Shown here piece after piece: positions 1 to 9,247 of a stretch of DNA of 64,000 nt (positions are counted from its first letter, which is position 1; each line of letters opens with the position of its first letter). The translations under genes and the position numbers were made by a program. Below the pieces are notes generated by a model. It saw nothing but the letters and a program-made list of their open reading frames with translations, was not told the DNA's origin and ran no database searches. This DNA is from a virus: the IMG/VR virus record IMGVR_UViG_3300009151_000041, positions 39,144-103,143 of that record; one strand, written 5' to 3'.

Positions 1-796
1 ATTTTTTGTTTGTAAAAGAATTTATATTGAGCTGATTGCATGTCAAAATTTCTGCATCATCACCATCTTGAAACTTTATTGGCAGTTGATTCATGGCATT
101 TGCCAGCAAATGACTTTGTTTGAGATGCAGTATAGGATCTAGGAAAAATGGTTCAACATTACTAACACCTATCACTTGTCGCATTGGACGATCTTCTATA
201 GCTGACCACCAAGTGCCATTTCTAAATTTCAAAGTGGGTTTTTCGTGCCCAGACAATAGTGCCCAGTTATAGGCACCGTGATTGGCTGCACAGTATTCAT
301 AGCTTTGAAGATCAACTCCGCCAAGATCAAAAGATCTAGTGTCGCCAAAATCTTCCAAGGCCCAATTCTCATTTTTTATAATTTCTGATCGCTTGTTCCA
401 ATCTAAAATGTCATGATGTGTGATCTTGGTTGTTTTGTCCCAGTAGTGTTCTTTCAACCAGTCAAGATGTCTCAACGGATACCAAGGCACACGTTTGTTT
501 GCCAAACACACTATTTCATCAATGCGAATGCGATTGCGAGCAAACACATTCAACACAGTTTGACTGTCTGTGCCGCCTGACCAAAAGAAAACCAGACGTT
601 CGTATTTGTTTCGAATGTGTTTGGCATGCCGATCCATCAACAGGTCAAATGATTCCGCAGGTTCCTTAGTCCAGTCTATGGCACTGTATTCTAGATCATT
701 GCAATGAAATACTATTGGTGATCTTGATTTATAGTTTTCATACCAAGCCAAGTATGGGTTGAAATACCTGTTGCCATTGACTGTGTAATAGAACAT
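1..796 (-). CDS. PP-loop (adenine nucleotide alpha-hydrolase-like) protein, partial, runs off left edge
   Basis: Not in ORF track. Manual translation from ATG at 796: MFYYTVNGNRYFNPYLAW...IDWTKEP...YERLVFFWSGGTDSQTVLNVF, with an SGGxDS PP-loop motif. Confidence 0.7.
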   Translation of the reverse strand, partial: MFYYTVNGNRYFNPYLAWYENYKSRSPIVFHCNDLEYSAIDWTKEPAESFDLLMDRHAKHIRNKYERLVFFWSGGTDSQTVLNVFARNRIRIDEIVCLANKRVPWYPLRHLDWLKEHYWDKTTKITHHDILDWNKRSEIIKNENWALEDFGDTRSFDLGGVDLQSYEYCAANHGAYNWALLSGHEKPTLKFRNGTWWSAIEDRPMRQVIGVSNVEPFFLDPILHLKQSHLLANAMNQLPIKFQDGDDAEILTCNQLNINSFTNKK

Positions 797-798
797 TG

Positions 799-1773
799 TT
801 AAGGAACGATAGATTTGATTTTGGATCTTTGAATGATTCGAGTCCAAGTGTTTTGTTGATCTTGGTGCAACTTTTCAAAGGAATCTGGCCAATCATCTTG
901 TGCAGGATCAATCACGCCTTTGTCGCGCAGTTCTGCAAATGCACGAGTCCATGCTGTCTTGCTGTCTGCTCTGATTTTGCGAACAATAGCATCGGGAGTT
1001 CCTGCGGAGGCCATGATCACATACATCTGGCGAACCACAAAACCGTCAAGTCCTTGTTGTGCCATTGTGCGAGTATTTGCAAATGCCGGCCACGGGCGGT
1101 TGTTGATCACTGCAATAACGTTGAACTTGCCCAAGGCAGCATTTTGCTCAATAAGCGCACTGGTAGGCGTCACAACAAAATCCAACACCCCACTGGACAG
1201 ATCATTCATGATCTGTGGTGTGCCTTTGTACGGTACCGCAGTCATTTCTATACCAAAGTGATTTGACAGACTGGCGCCAAAAATGTGATGCGGAACACCA
1301 ATGCCGGGCATGGCATAGTTCAACACCTTGGTCCGTGCCCAGGCTTCAAATTCTTTCAGATTGGTAACTTTTGAGTTGCTGTTTACCACAACAACAAACG
1401 GAGTAGCATCACCTAGATAGGCCACACCTACCATGTCTTTCTGCCACTCATATCCAGGATTACTCAAAATATGTTGAGGACCCAGGTTACCAGTTTGAAC
1501 CATGCTTAATGTGTATCCATCCGCTGGCTCACTCAGCATGTGTTTGATACCCAAGTTGCCACCGCCCCCAGGACGATTTTCAACCACTACTGGTGTGCCC
1601 CAAATATCACTCATGTGCTTGGCCCACACCCTGGCAGCAATGTCAGTGCCGCCACCAGGTTGAAATCCAACCATAACTTTGATTGGTTTAGATGGCCAAT
1701 TAGCCACTTGTGCAGTGGCAACTGCTGCCAGAAATATTGCAGATACTGCAACAAAAATTTTCAATAGACTCAT
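799..1773 (-). CDS. Bug/TctC tripartite tricarboxylate transporter substrate-binding protein
   Basis: Signal peptide; WPSKPIKVMVGFQPGGGTDIAAR, VVVENRPGGGG, PADGYTL and VPYKG motifs. Confidence 0.9.
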   Translation of the reverse strand: MSLLKIFVAVSAIFLAAVATAQVANWPSKPIKVMVGFQPGGGTDIAARVWAKHMSDIWGTPVVVENRPGGGGNLGIKHMLSEPADGYTLSMVQTGNLGPQHILSNPGYEWQKDMVGVAYLGDATPFVVVVNSNSKVTNLKEFEAWARTKVLNYAMPGIGVPHHIFGASLSNHFGIEMTAVPYKGTPQIMNDLSSGVLDFVVTPTSALIEQNAALGKFNVIAVINNRPWPAFANTRTMAQQGLDGFVVRQMYVIMASAGTPDAIVRKIRADSKTAWTRAFAELRDKGVIDPAQDDWPDSFEKLHQDQQNTWTRIIQRSKIKSIVP

Positions 1774-1793
1774 ACTAACTCCTTTTTAAAAAA

Positions 1794-2180
1794 TTATTCG
1801 AATTTTAACTCCGCAGTGATCTTCTTCAGTCGATCAAATCGGAAACTGCGCCACTCTTGCTTTTCCATGTCAAACACCCGCAGGCTGTGTGGGTCTGGTT
1901 CTTTGCGAGGCTTCTTGCTTTCTTTAACAATGCCATCCACTGGTGATGACAGTTTTATTGCGTCCGGGGGAATTTTGTCCCAGTTGAGTGTGCAAAGCAT
2001 TTCGCGATCAGTGCCATCTGCCTTGACAAAGGTCACCGTGATTGTGCTTTTTTGTAGTAGGCTTTTGATCCAATCACGGATGATAGCCTTGTTGACATCA
2101 TCTGCTTCTTGGTATTGTGTGCCTGGTGCTCCTCGGAGCAGCCGCACCACTTCTTGTTTTTCCCATGTTTCCATATCCAT
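1794..2180 (-). CDS. WYL_2/SH3-like phage protein
   Basis: VTFVKADGTDREMLCTL...VFDMEKQEWRSFRFDRL; SD GAGGAG before ATG at 2180. Confidence 0.65.
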   Translation of the reverse strand: MDMETWEKQEVVRLLRGAPGTQYQEADDVNKAIIRDWIKSLLQKSTITVTFVKADGTDREMLCTLNWDKIPPDAIKLSSPVDGIVKESKKPRKEPDPHSLRVFDMEKQEWRSFRFDRLKKITAELKFE

Positions 2181-2218
2181 AATGAGTTCTCCTCTATAAG
2201 TTAATAAACGCTTTTTGT

Positions 2219-2485
2219 TCATGTAAATTTTAGCAAAAATACAAGATACTTTTTTTCATCCACAATACGATATCCATCTGTGATGTTGCCATCCACAAGG
2301 TTTAGTTTGATTCCATAGTGTTCTTCCATGTAACCTTCAAAGTCGTATGCATCAAATTCTTTAGCGGTGGCTTGATATTCTCGGCGTATTTTTTTTAAAG
2401 CCGCCCAATACGTCCAACGCTTGCGCCTGAACTCGAGCTCAGGATCGTCATCGTCATAGTCTTGTAACGGGGGAATACTAGCCAC
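2219..2485 (-). CDS. small protein, divergent member of the F-x-L-K-W-terminal paralog family
   Basis: C-terminus YRIVDEKKYLVFLLKFT; GTG start inferred. Confidence 0.55.
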   Translation of the reverse strand: MASIPPLQDYDDDDPELEFRRKRWTYWAALKKIRREYQATAKEFDAYDFEGYMEEHYGIKLNLVDGNITDGYRIVDEKKYLVFLLKFT

Positions 2486-2876
2486 GGCGCATGGTTGCGA
2501 TGTCATGTGCTTCTTCGTTTGAGAAGATGGGCACAGCATTGGACTTGTGCATGGTACCCACACCAATCATTTTGGTACCAGTGTATTGTGGTATGACCTT
2601 GCTGGACACAGGACCCAACACAGAGTCAGCACGACTGGGAATTGCATGTCCGCTAGGACGGCCTGCAGGTGTGCTCAATTTGTAGTCCAGTGGGGGTGCT
2701 TTCATGGCACGACTGCGGCGTTTGTCGTCAGCATCCACGTCCCACTTCTTTTGCAGTTCCTTCCACGAAGCATCAAGCTCGCGGGCTTTTTTTGCTTCTT
2801 CTGCATTACGGAATTTCACTTTGCCTTTGCGCTTGCCGCCAAGACTCAAACTGGGGTGGTGGAGGTGCATACTCAT
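2478..2876 (-). CDS. conserved phage hypothetical protein
   Basis: YTGTKMIGVGTMHKSNAVP C-terminal motif; ATGA overlap with upstream ORF. Confidence 0.6.
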   Translation of the reverse strand: MSMHLHHPSLSLGGKRKGKVKFRNAEEAKKARELDASWKELQKKWDVDADDKRRSRAMKAPPLDYKLSTPAGRPSGHAIPSRADSVLGPVSSKVIPQYTGTKMIGVGTMHKSNAVPIFSNEEAHDIATMRRG

Positions 2877-3031
2877 CGTGGGTCTTTCAAAGGTTGCGCA
2901 GGCCGGGTGGAACAAAACTCACAGGTTGGATCGTCACACTTGGTGTCAATCCATTCATTGGTCACTTGATTGTAGTAGGCATCATACTGTTCAGAATACG
3001 CAATGTCTTTTTCACCATTATTCTTAATCAT
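2873..3031 (-). CDS. 52-aa Cys-rich protein, leaderless
   Basis: Not in ORF track: MIKNNGEKDIAYSEQYDAYYNQVTNEWIDTKCDDPTCEFCSTRPAQPLKDPR; ATG 6 nt from TATAAT. Confidence 0.65.
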   Translation of the reverse strand: MIKNNGEKDIAYSEQYDAYYNQVTNEWIDTKCDDPTCEFCSTRPAQPLKDPR

Positions 3032-3037
3032 GTATTG

Positions 3038-3066
3038 ATTATAGCATGAGTAGGTTTATTGGTCAA
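3038..3066 (-). promoter_or_regulatory. sigma70-type early promoter
   Basis: TTGACC-17-TATAAT. Confidence 0.8.
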
Positions 3067-3076
3067 GTACTACTTT

Positions 3077-3391
3077 TTACTTAAAAAGTATCAAGGCCAT
3101 GCACCCTGCTTGCAGTATAAACCCAAAGCCAATTGTGATGATATTGAGCATGTCTTTTAGCACCACCGCCCGCAAGAACAGCAGCACTAGGCCGCCCCAT
3201 AAGAATAGGATCATATCCAGTCCCGGGGTCTTGTCCGATAGCCCAGTCATCAGTGCTAGAAAACTGGGCAAGGTTGCACAGTGCAACACAATGGCTGCCA
3301 GCCAGCCCAGTGTGTCTGCGGAGAGTGTGGCCAAACTGTTGCTTAGAAATTCACGGATAGCAATGATTGTTACAGGAAATTTAAAAGGCAT
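3077..3391 (-). CDS. small multi-pass membrane protein
   Basis: Three hydrophobic segments. Confidence 0.6.
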   Translation of the reverse strand: MPFKFPVTIIAIREFLSNSLATLSADTLGWLAAIVLHCATLPSFLALMTGLSDKTPGLDMILFLWGGLVLLFLRAVVLKDMLNIITIGFGFILQAGCMALILFK

Positions 3392-3393
3392 GA

Positions 3394-3966
3394 TTATGCT
3401 CCGTAGAAAATGTGACGACCAATTTTGTCAATTTTGGGCTTTTTCCAGCCCGGGCTGACATAATCAGCATGATAGTAAAGTGCGCCTTTTAATCCAGGCA
3501 GTCTAAAGTTTTCCAGCAAGACTTTTTTGGCTACCAGTTCACTTTCGGCCCACAAGGGCTGGTATACCGGTCGGGTCTTGTGAGTGGTTTCGCAAACCCA
3601 CGAAAATTGGCAGATTACTCGTTCGTAGATCACGTTCTTTTGATGCACAACACCGCAAACTGAATTTCCAAAACGTCCAGAGTCCACACGGTTCATTGTG
3701 ACTTGGGCCACAGCTACTTTGCCTTCAAACGGCTCCGAGGCAGCTTCCCAGTAGATGTTGCGAGTCAAGCAATCCAACTGACGGATTTTTTCTTGAGCAG
3801 TTACATAACCAGCAGGCATTGATTCAATGCCGGACCGGAGCTCTGCTAGTTTGTGGTTGCATACTGCAATCACGGCCAATATTACCAACCAAAGTCCTGC
3901 GACTTTGAAGGCACGCGAACTCCAGATGGCAAGTTGATTACTGATATAGTTTACTTGTGTTTTCAT
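3394..3966 (-). CDS. SleB/Hydrolase_2 family cell wall hydrolase
   Basis: CLTRNIYWEA, GKVAVAQVTMNRV, CQFSW, ALYYHADYVSPGW, IGRHIFY; N-terminal membrane anchor. Confidence 0.9.
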   Translation of the reverse strand: MKTQVNYISNQLAIWSSRAFKVAGLWLVILAVIAVCNHKLAELRSGIESMPAGYVTAQEKIRQLDCLTRNIYWEAASEPFEGKVAVAQVTMNRVDSGRFGNSVCGVVHQKNVIYERVICQFSWVCETTHKTRPVYQPLWAESELVAKKVLLENFRLPGLKGALYYHADYVSPGWKKPKIDKIGRHIFYGA

Positions 3967-4053
3967 GGTAGTTTTACTTACTCTGATGGTGGCGGATCCG
4001 GACGTTTCCGGGCCAAAATGGTGCCGTTTTGGAGTAAACGGCGCAGTTATCTA

Positions 4054-4866
4054 TCAAAACTGGCAGACCGGTATTGGCAGCATCTTGTGCATGTTTCTAG
4101 CACGAGTGTCTTGATACCGCTTGAGTTTTTTTCTGTCATCCGCTGATAATTTGGCACTACCGGGCATGTCTGAGTCCACTGCCTTGCATTGTTTCAAAAA
4201 GTCCAAGGCCATCATGCGTTCAAGATCTGGATAGCTCATGCCCAGTTGTCCTTCGTCTGTGCGCCCATCATCCCAGAGACCGTCAGTGGGTTCAGCGTCG
4301 ATGATCTCTTGTGGCAGACCAAATTCTCGTCCCATGTCCCACACCACGGTTTTCATGCAGTCGCCAATGGGCGAAATATCCACACCACCGTCGCCGTATT
4401 TGGTAAAGAAACCCACACCAAAGTCTTCCACGCGATTGCCTGTGCCCACCACAAGACCGCCATGGCTTTGTGCAATTTGATACAAGGTCATCATTCGCAA
4501 TCTAGCACGGCTGTTGGCAAAAGCCAGTTCAACTTGCGATGCATCTATTGCACCACAAAATGGATCAGTCTTCTTTTCAAACGCAGAAAACACTGTTGTT
4601 AGATCCACGCTCATGTGTGTTACTGTGTCAGGATATCGTTCCAGCAACCAAGTGGCTTGCATTGAACTGCGATTGTTTAAGGTCTTGTTTTGCCGAATAG
4701 GCATTTGCACCACAATGGTTGTCAGCCCGGTTTCGGCGCACAAGGCACTCACAACCGATGAGTCGATACCGCCCGAAACACCCACTACCAGTGTGTGAAT
4801 GTTGGCGCCCTTGGTGTAGCTCTTGATCCATTTTACAATGTGCTTGATACGTTGTTTAGAGTTCAT
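4054..4866 (-). CDS. nadE: NH3-dependent NAD+ synthetase
   Basis: VVGVSGGIDS, NSRARLRM, GTGNRVE, GFFTKYGDGGVD, PTDGLW, DEGQLGMSY. Confidence 0.93.
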   Translation of the reverse strand: MNSKQRIKHIVKWIKSYTKGANIHTLVVGVSGGIDSSVVSALCAETGLTTIVVQMPIRQNKTLNNRSSMQATWLLERYPDTVTHMSVDLTTVFSAFEKKTDPFCGAIDASQVELAFANSRARLRMMTLYQIAQSHGGLVVGTGNRVEDFGVGFFTKYGDGGVDISPIGDCMKTVVWDMGREFGLPQEIIDAEPTDGLWDDGRTDEGQLGMSYPDLERMMALDFLKQCKAVDSDMPGSAKLSADDRKKLKRYQDTRARNMHKMLPIPVCQF

Positions 4867-4872
4867 GATAGT

Positions 4873-4901
4873 ATTATATACAAATAGTTAAGTTGTGTCA
4901 A
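4873..4901 (-). promoter_or_regulatory. sigma70-type promoter for leaderless nadE
   Basis: TTGACA-17-TATAAT, ATG 6 nt downstream. Confidence 0.75.
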
Positions 4902-6307
4902 ATTTTCAGAGAATACTTTGAAAACTCGTCTATCAGCCAAGGAAACACCTTGGGCCAGCTTGTCCCACGGCGACGATCAATTTCATTTAAAAAATAAAAT
5001 AAATTTTGTATTTCTATTTGATTAGGGCCGCCATGGGCCGATTGCTGCGCAATGCCTTCTAGATATCTGCGACTTGATTGTTGTTCTTTACCTATCATAG
5101 GTTTTAAGGCAACGGCACGGGCAAAGTCTGATTGAAAAATATCGCCAAAAATATCAATGAACATGTAGCTGGGCGAATTTACAGAATTTTGATAGTGATA
5201 AATTTGTCGATCTTGTTGCCAAATATTGATTTTTTCAATCAACTCGGGCAATGTTTTGATAGTCAATGGTGTAATAGTGCTACTGACAATGAGATTGATC
5301 CAAGGCTGTTGAACTAGATATTCAAAGTTGCTCTGCCACACTTTGAGATCCAGTGGATATCTAACATACTCTTGTGGAGCTCCCCAGCAGTCTAAGCTGG
5401 CTGTTATTTCAAACTCTCTCAACTTGTTGCTATTAACAAGTTTTTTAACTTTTGCAACCAGTTGTTGAACACGTTCTAACTTTGCATTGAGATTGGTAAA
5501 AATTTGCAGCTTGAGTTCAGGAGCAGGGTACTGCTCAAATAAATCCAAACATTGATTGGTTTCGTCTTGATATAACGGTTCACCTCCCAAGATATTAAAC
5601 ACAGTAAGGTGCTGTGAGTTCAGTCGAATCCAGTCAAATAACTTTTGTTTATTGCTTTCGATGTTGACACTTTTGTCAAACGCAGTAAGGTGTACCCCTT
5701 GTTGATGGAATGCACCGTGTTTTTTATTCTCTGCGTCCCACAGACTGCTAAAATGCGGGCCACAATATAAACATTTTAAATTACAAGTATTGTCAAAATA
5801 GATCTCTAAAATGCGTGGAGTGACGGCAGTTGCATTGCAGTTAACATCTAGTTCTATAGGAGCATGGATTCCAGGAAAATCCAAATTGGTAATTCTATCA
5901 CTTTGTCCACCCGCAGCTTCAATGTTTTGACAGTAGTTGCAACCATTTTTTGGCCATTGGCCTTGCAACATTCGTTGTCGATCTTCTAGCTTAGTAGGAG
6001 TGTTATGAAAATCAAATTTGTCAATGTCAAATTTATGAGCGTTGGTTCTATGGCAACTGGCAGTACTTTCTTTTGTTAAAAATACTGTGCTCCAGTTCCA
6101 TTTTAGTTGACATGCTGTTTCAGTTTTAATTGGAAATCGTCGATTGGTTAGTTTGCTGTTTTTTGCATACTGACCTGGGCGATATCCAAATATTTGCTGA
6201 CATTCATTTTGAATGTGATCAGGCAGCTGATTAAAATCCTGTTCATGATCACATTCAGGCCAACTTGGATCTTTTATGTTTTGATAAAACTCTTTCCAAG
6301 TAGACAT
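4898..6307 (-). CDS. radical SAM protein with N-terminal twitch/SPASM-like Cys cluster
   Basis: CNLKCLYC motif, GGEPL, N-terminal C...SCH...CNYC. Confidence 0.85.
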   Translation of the reverse strand: MSTWKEFYQNIKDPSWPECDHEQDFNQLPDHIQNECQQIFGYRPGQYAKNSKLTNRRFPIKTETACQLKWNWSTVFLTKESTASCHRTNAHKFDIDKFDFHNTPTKLEDRQRMLQGQWPKNGCNYCQNIEAAGGQSDRITNLDFPGIHAPIELDVNCNATAVTPRILEIYFDNTCNLKCLYCGPHFSSLWDAENKKHGAFHQQGVHLTAFDKSVNIESNKQKLFDWIRLNSQHLTVFNILGGEPLYQDETNQCLDLFEQYPAPELKLQIFTNLNAKLERVQQLVAKVKKLVNSNKLREFEITASLDCWGAPQEYVRYPLDLKVWQSNFEYLVQQPWINLIVSSTITPLTIKTLPELIEKINIWQQDRQIYHYQNSVNSPSYMFIDIFGDIFQSDFARAVALKPMIGKEQQSSRRYLEGIAQQSAHGGPNQIEIQNLFYFLNEIDRRRGTSWPKVFPWLIDEFSKYSLKI

Positions 6308-6316
6308 GCTACAATA

Positions 6317-6814
6317 TTACCATTTTGTCCCCGGTTTGGGCATTGATTTTAGTTTGTTCCATACTTCTGCTTTCTCTTTGCATTTCTTTTCTAACTTGCG
6401 ATAGCGTTCGCCCAGTCGGCGCAGTTCATCCCACTCTTTTTCCAGTTCAGGATTTGGTGTGAGAATGTTCAGTCTCTCTTCTACCTTTTCCATCCAGTCC
6501 TTGAGACTTTTACCATTGATATCAAGATCAGCGTTTTTGCCTCGGAGGGTCATCTTGCCACTTTGTTCAATGGTGGCAGCGGTGGTGTTGTAATCTGGAC
6601 TGAGTCGAAAACTACCAGTGCCTGTGGTGTTTGTGGTCCAAATAGTGTTGGGACTGGGGCCTGTTCCGCCGTTGCCAATAGTGAATCCACCAGAGCTAGT
6701 ACTGATAGTTACATTTGGCACGGTGTTTGCTTCATACCCTACACCACCTGGTGGAATCGCACCATATGAAGGATGAGTTGTTAGGTTTTTTGTCCAGTCA
6801 ATGTGATTTGCCAT
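6317..6814 (-). CDS. hypothetical phage protein
   Basis: Thr/Gly-rich N-terminus and coiled-coil C-terminus. Confidence 0.6.
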   Translation of the reverse strand: MANHIDWTKNLTTHPSYGAIPPGGVGYEANTVPNVTISTSSGGFTIGNGGTGPSPNTIWTTNTTGTGSFRLSPDYNTTAATIEQSGKMTLRGKNADLDINGKSLKDWMEKVEERLNILTPNPELEKEWDELRRLGERYRKLEKKCKEKAEVWNKLKSMPKPGTKW

Positions 6815-6954
6815 GTTCCGTCTTTGTTGTCAATCCACTGAACTGTGTCGCCTACTTTCCAGCCCAGCTCTTCACACAATTCAGTGCCAAGATCCAACAA
6901 CAGTTCTTCGGGATTGTCGGGATCCTCAATTACATTCACAGTTCTAGTCATCAT
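6781..6954 (-). CDS. AbrB/MazE/SpoVT-like DNA-binding protein
   Basis: ELLLDLGTELCEELGWKVGDTVQW. Confidence 0.65.
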   Translation of the reverse strand: MMTRTVNVIEDPDNPEELLLDLGTELCEELGWKVGDTVQWIDNKDGTWQITLTGQKT

Positions 6955-7639
6955 TTTTGGTGCCAAACAGTTGCAGTAGGTTAACAAAAATGTTGATAAA
7001 GTCCAAGTACAAGGTGAGCGCACCTAGGATTTCTGCAGGTGTGTCTGGATCATCCACACTGACCATTTCACGGATTTGCTGTGTGTCATAGGCTGTGAGG
7101 CCCAAGAATATCACAATAGCAATAGCAGAGATAACCATGGTCATCACCGAACTGCCAATGAAGATATTCACAATGCTTGCAATGATGATGGCAATCAAGC
7201 CAATGAACATGAACTGTCCAAGACTCTCCAAACTACGTTTGGTAAAGTATCCGTAAAAACTCATGGTAGCAAATAGAATAGCACTTGACACAAACGCCAT
7301 TACCAAGCTACCTGTGGTATAAACATGCACAATAGCGCCCATACTGATACCCATAATACCTGCAAACCCATGCAACAAGCCCACAGCCACTGAGTGTGAT
7401 GGGTTGTTGGCAAGTGCATAGCTTACTCCAAATATTGCTACCAAGGGCAAGAACAGCGTGATCCATTTCATCACCCCAGTGAAAAAGAATGCCATGGCGG
7501 CCGGACTGGATGCTAATACTCCAGCTACCACTGCTGACGTAACAATGGCCAAGAGCATGTGATTGTACACACGCAACATGGCCGAGTTCACTTCTTCAGC
7601 GGTTCTGTAAGATGTTTCCGGTATGGTTGCTTCGAACAT
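6944..7639 (-). CDS. Bax inhibitor-1/YccA family membrane protein
   Basis: MLRVYNHM, YGYFTKRSL, GLTAYDTQQI, GALTLYLDFINIF. Confidence 0.9.
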   Translation of the reverse strand: MFEATIPETSYRTAEEVNSAMLRVYNHMLLAIVTSAVVAGVLASSPAAMAFFFTGVMKWITLFLPLVAIFGVSYALANNPSHSVAVGLLHGFAGIMGISMGAIVHVYTTGSLVMAFVSSAILFATMSFYGYFTKRSLESLGQFMFIGLIAIIIASIVNIFIGSSVMTMVISAIAIVIFLGLTAYDTQQIREMVSVDDPDTPAEILGALTLYLDFINIFVNLLQLFGTKNDD

Positions 7640-7777
7640 GTTTTTCTCCATGAAATTTAAAATGCTGGACAGCACGAGCAAACTTGTTTCGTATCAATTG
7701 CTCGCGTTGTTGCTGGGACATAAACAAGGGCCATGATTCTTCATGGTGTTTATGTGATTGCTGTTCTCTATCCTGGA

Positions 7778-7966
7778 TCATTTTGCGGCTAGTGCTTCTT
7801 TCTCAGCGGTAATCTCTTTGCGGCGTTCCTTGATGCCTTTGCTCATTTCCTGCAGGGCCTTGCGAGCACGAGCAGCCGAAGCTTTCACACCTTTAGTTGC
7901 AAACTTCTCGTTTTCGGCGAGGTAAGTTTCATATGCGGCCACGATTTGTTCATGTTGTGTTGTCAT
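7778..7966 (-). CDS. histone H1-like (Hc1-type) small basic protein
   Basis: ENEKFATKGVKASAARARKALQEMSK pattern. Confidence 0.65.
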   Translation of the reverse strand: MTTQHEQIVAAYETYLAENEKFATKGVKASAARARKALQEMSKGIKERRKEITAEKEALAAK

Positions 7967-7988
7967 GATAGTTCCTTTATAAAAAATA

Positions 7989-8017
7989 ATTATACACTGT
8001 GCTCTGCACAATGTCAA
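7989..8017 (-). promoter_or_regulatory. sigma70-type promoter
   Basis: TTGACA-17-TATAAT. Confidence 0.75.
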
Positions 8018-8045
8018 GAAAAAACCTGGCGTTTGGCACTCCTGC

Positions 8046-8288
8046 TTAGAGGTATATGTGTCTTCGGTTCCAGGTGTCCCATACTGTGACCAAGTCCCAG
8101 TCGTGTGTCCACGTCAATCTAAAATTCTCAAAGGCCTGTTGATGATGTATCATCAACTTGTTGCCCGACACTGATGCATGTTCTATTTTGTGTGATCGAA
8201 TCCAAGTCTTAAACTGTGATTCAGCCTGCTGACTGCGCAGGATTACAATGTACAGCGGTTCGGCTGTACGAAAATTAGAAATGCTCAT
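8046..8288 (-). CDS. hypothetical protein
   Basis: ORF packed against neighbours. Confidence 0.55.
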   Translation of the reverse strand: MSISNFRTAEPLYIVILRSQQAESQFKTWIRSHKIEHASVSGNKLMIHHQQAFENFRLTWTHDWDLVTVWDTWNRRHIYL

Positions 8289-8543
8289 TTAGTGGATTGT
8301 GGCCCCATCAGGGATGCGAGATTGCAGTAGATGCTTGATATTTACATCATTTAACAGTTCGGCAAAACTTTCATCTATGTCAATCCTATCATCATCATGT
8401 TCAGCGGCACGTTCTTCATCTACGCCAATTAGGCGCATCATGGCACCCACATGCAGTTGCCGTTGACCATTGGCATACAAAACTGCCATGACCTCCAGCA
8501 TTACTGTACGCACGAATTCATACAATGGATCTGTTTCTTGCAT
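8289..8543 (-). CDS. hypothetical protein
   Basis: ORF; TAATTA 4 nt upstream of ATG. Confidence 0.55.
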   Translation of the reverse strand: MQETDPLYEFVRTVMLEVMAVLYANGQRQLHVGAMMRLIGVDEERAAEHDDDRIDIDESFAELLNDVNIKHLLQSRIPDGATIH

Positions 8544-8575
8544 GTAGTAATTATGATTTGATCAAAATAATCAAC

Positions 8576-8602
8576 AAAAAGGCGACCGAAGTCGCCTTGT
8601 TT
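8576..8602. terminator. intrinsic terminator
   Basis: AAGGCGAC-CGAA-GTCGCCTT hairpin with A/T tails. Confidence 0.75.
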
Positions 8603-8619
8603 GTGTGCAAAGTTAGCAA

Positions 8620-8976
8620 TCAGGCCTTTGCAGCCTCAACCAATTGCTCAGCGGTAACAGTAGCTTTAGCCTTGGCTTTGACGCCAGTGGCAACCACTTT
8701 GACTTCGCCTTTCTTGGCAACCTTGGCACGTTCGGCCAGCTTGTTGGCTACCACGTAGCCAGCATCACCTTCAGTAATGCCCAGGGTCTGCAGGTGTTGC
8801 AGGGCTTCCATCTTGGTCATTGCACGGGGCAATTCTACCAAGTTGATCTCAGTGCATCCAGCCTTGTTCAGGATCTTGATGCGGGCCACCAGGTCGTTTG
8901 CAAAACGAGCCTTAACGGTGCCATCGGCGTTGATTGCGGTACCAGCCACGGTAAAAGTTTTTTCAGTTGCGGACAT
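8620..8976 (-). CDS. Ala/Lys-rich hypothetical protein
   Basis: FTVAGTA...KARFANDLVARIKILNK; own promoter and terminator. Confidence 0.65.
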   Translation of the reverse strand: MSATEKTFTVAGTAINADGTVKARFANDLVARIKILNKAGCTEINLVELPRAMTKMEALQHLQTLGITEGDAGYVVANKLAERAKVAKKGEVKVVATGVKAKAKATVTAEQLVEAAKA

Positions 8977-9044
8977 AATGTTGCCTTTCAAAGTTTACTT
9001 ACAGAGTTTAAAAAATGTTTTGCATCGCTGCTCAACATATCAAT

Positions 9045-9073
9045 ATTATAGCAAAAGAGCAGATTCTGGTCAA
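9045..9073 (-). promoter_or_regulatory. sigma70-type early promoter
   Basis: TTGACC-17-TATAAT. Confidence 0.8.
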
Positions 9074-9109
9074 CCACTTTTGCAATAATTTTGATTTGAT
9101 TTGCCCAAA

Positions 9110-9238
9110 TCACTGGGCCAATTCCTTGCTTTGGGTTTGGATAGTTTGCACACCTCGGTCAAACATTCGAGCAATGCCCGAAAAGCCAACGGCGCTAACC
9201 ACCAAGCCTAAAATGAATCCAATTATGAGTTTGCTCAT
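9110..9238 (-). CDS. 42-aa membrane peptide
   Basis: Not in ORF track: MSKLIIGFILGLVVSAVGFSGIARMFDRGVQTIQTQSKELAQ; SD AAGGA. Confidence 0.6.
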   Translation of the reverse strand: MSKLIIGFILGLVVSAVGFSGIARMFDRGVQTIQTQSKELAQ

Positions 9239-9247
9239 GACATTTCC

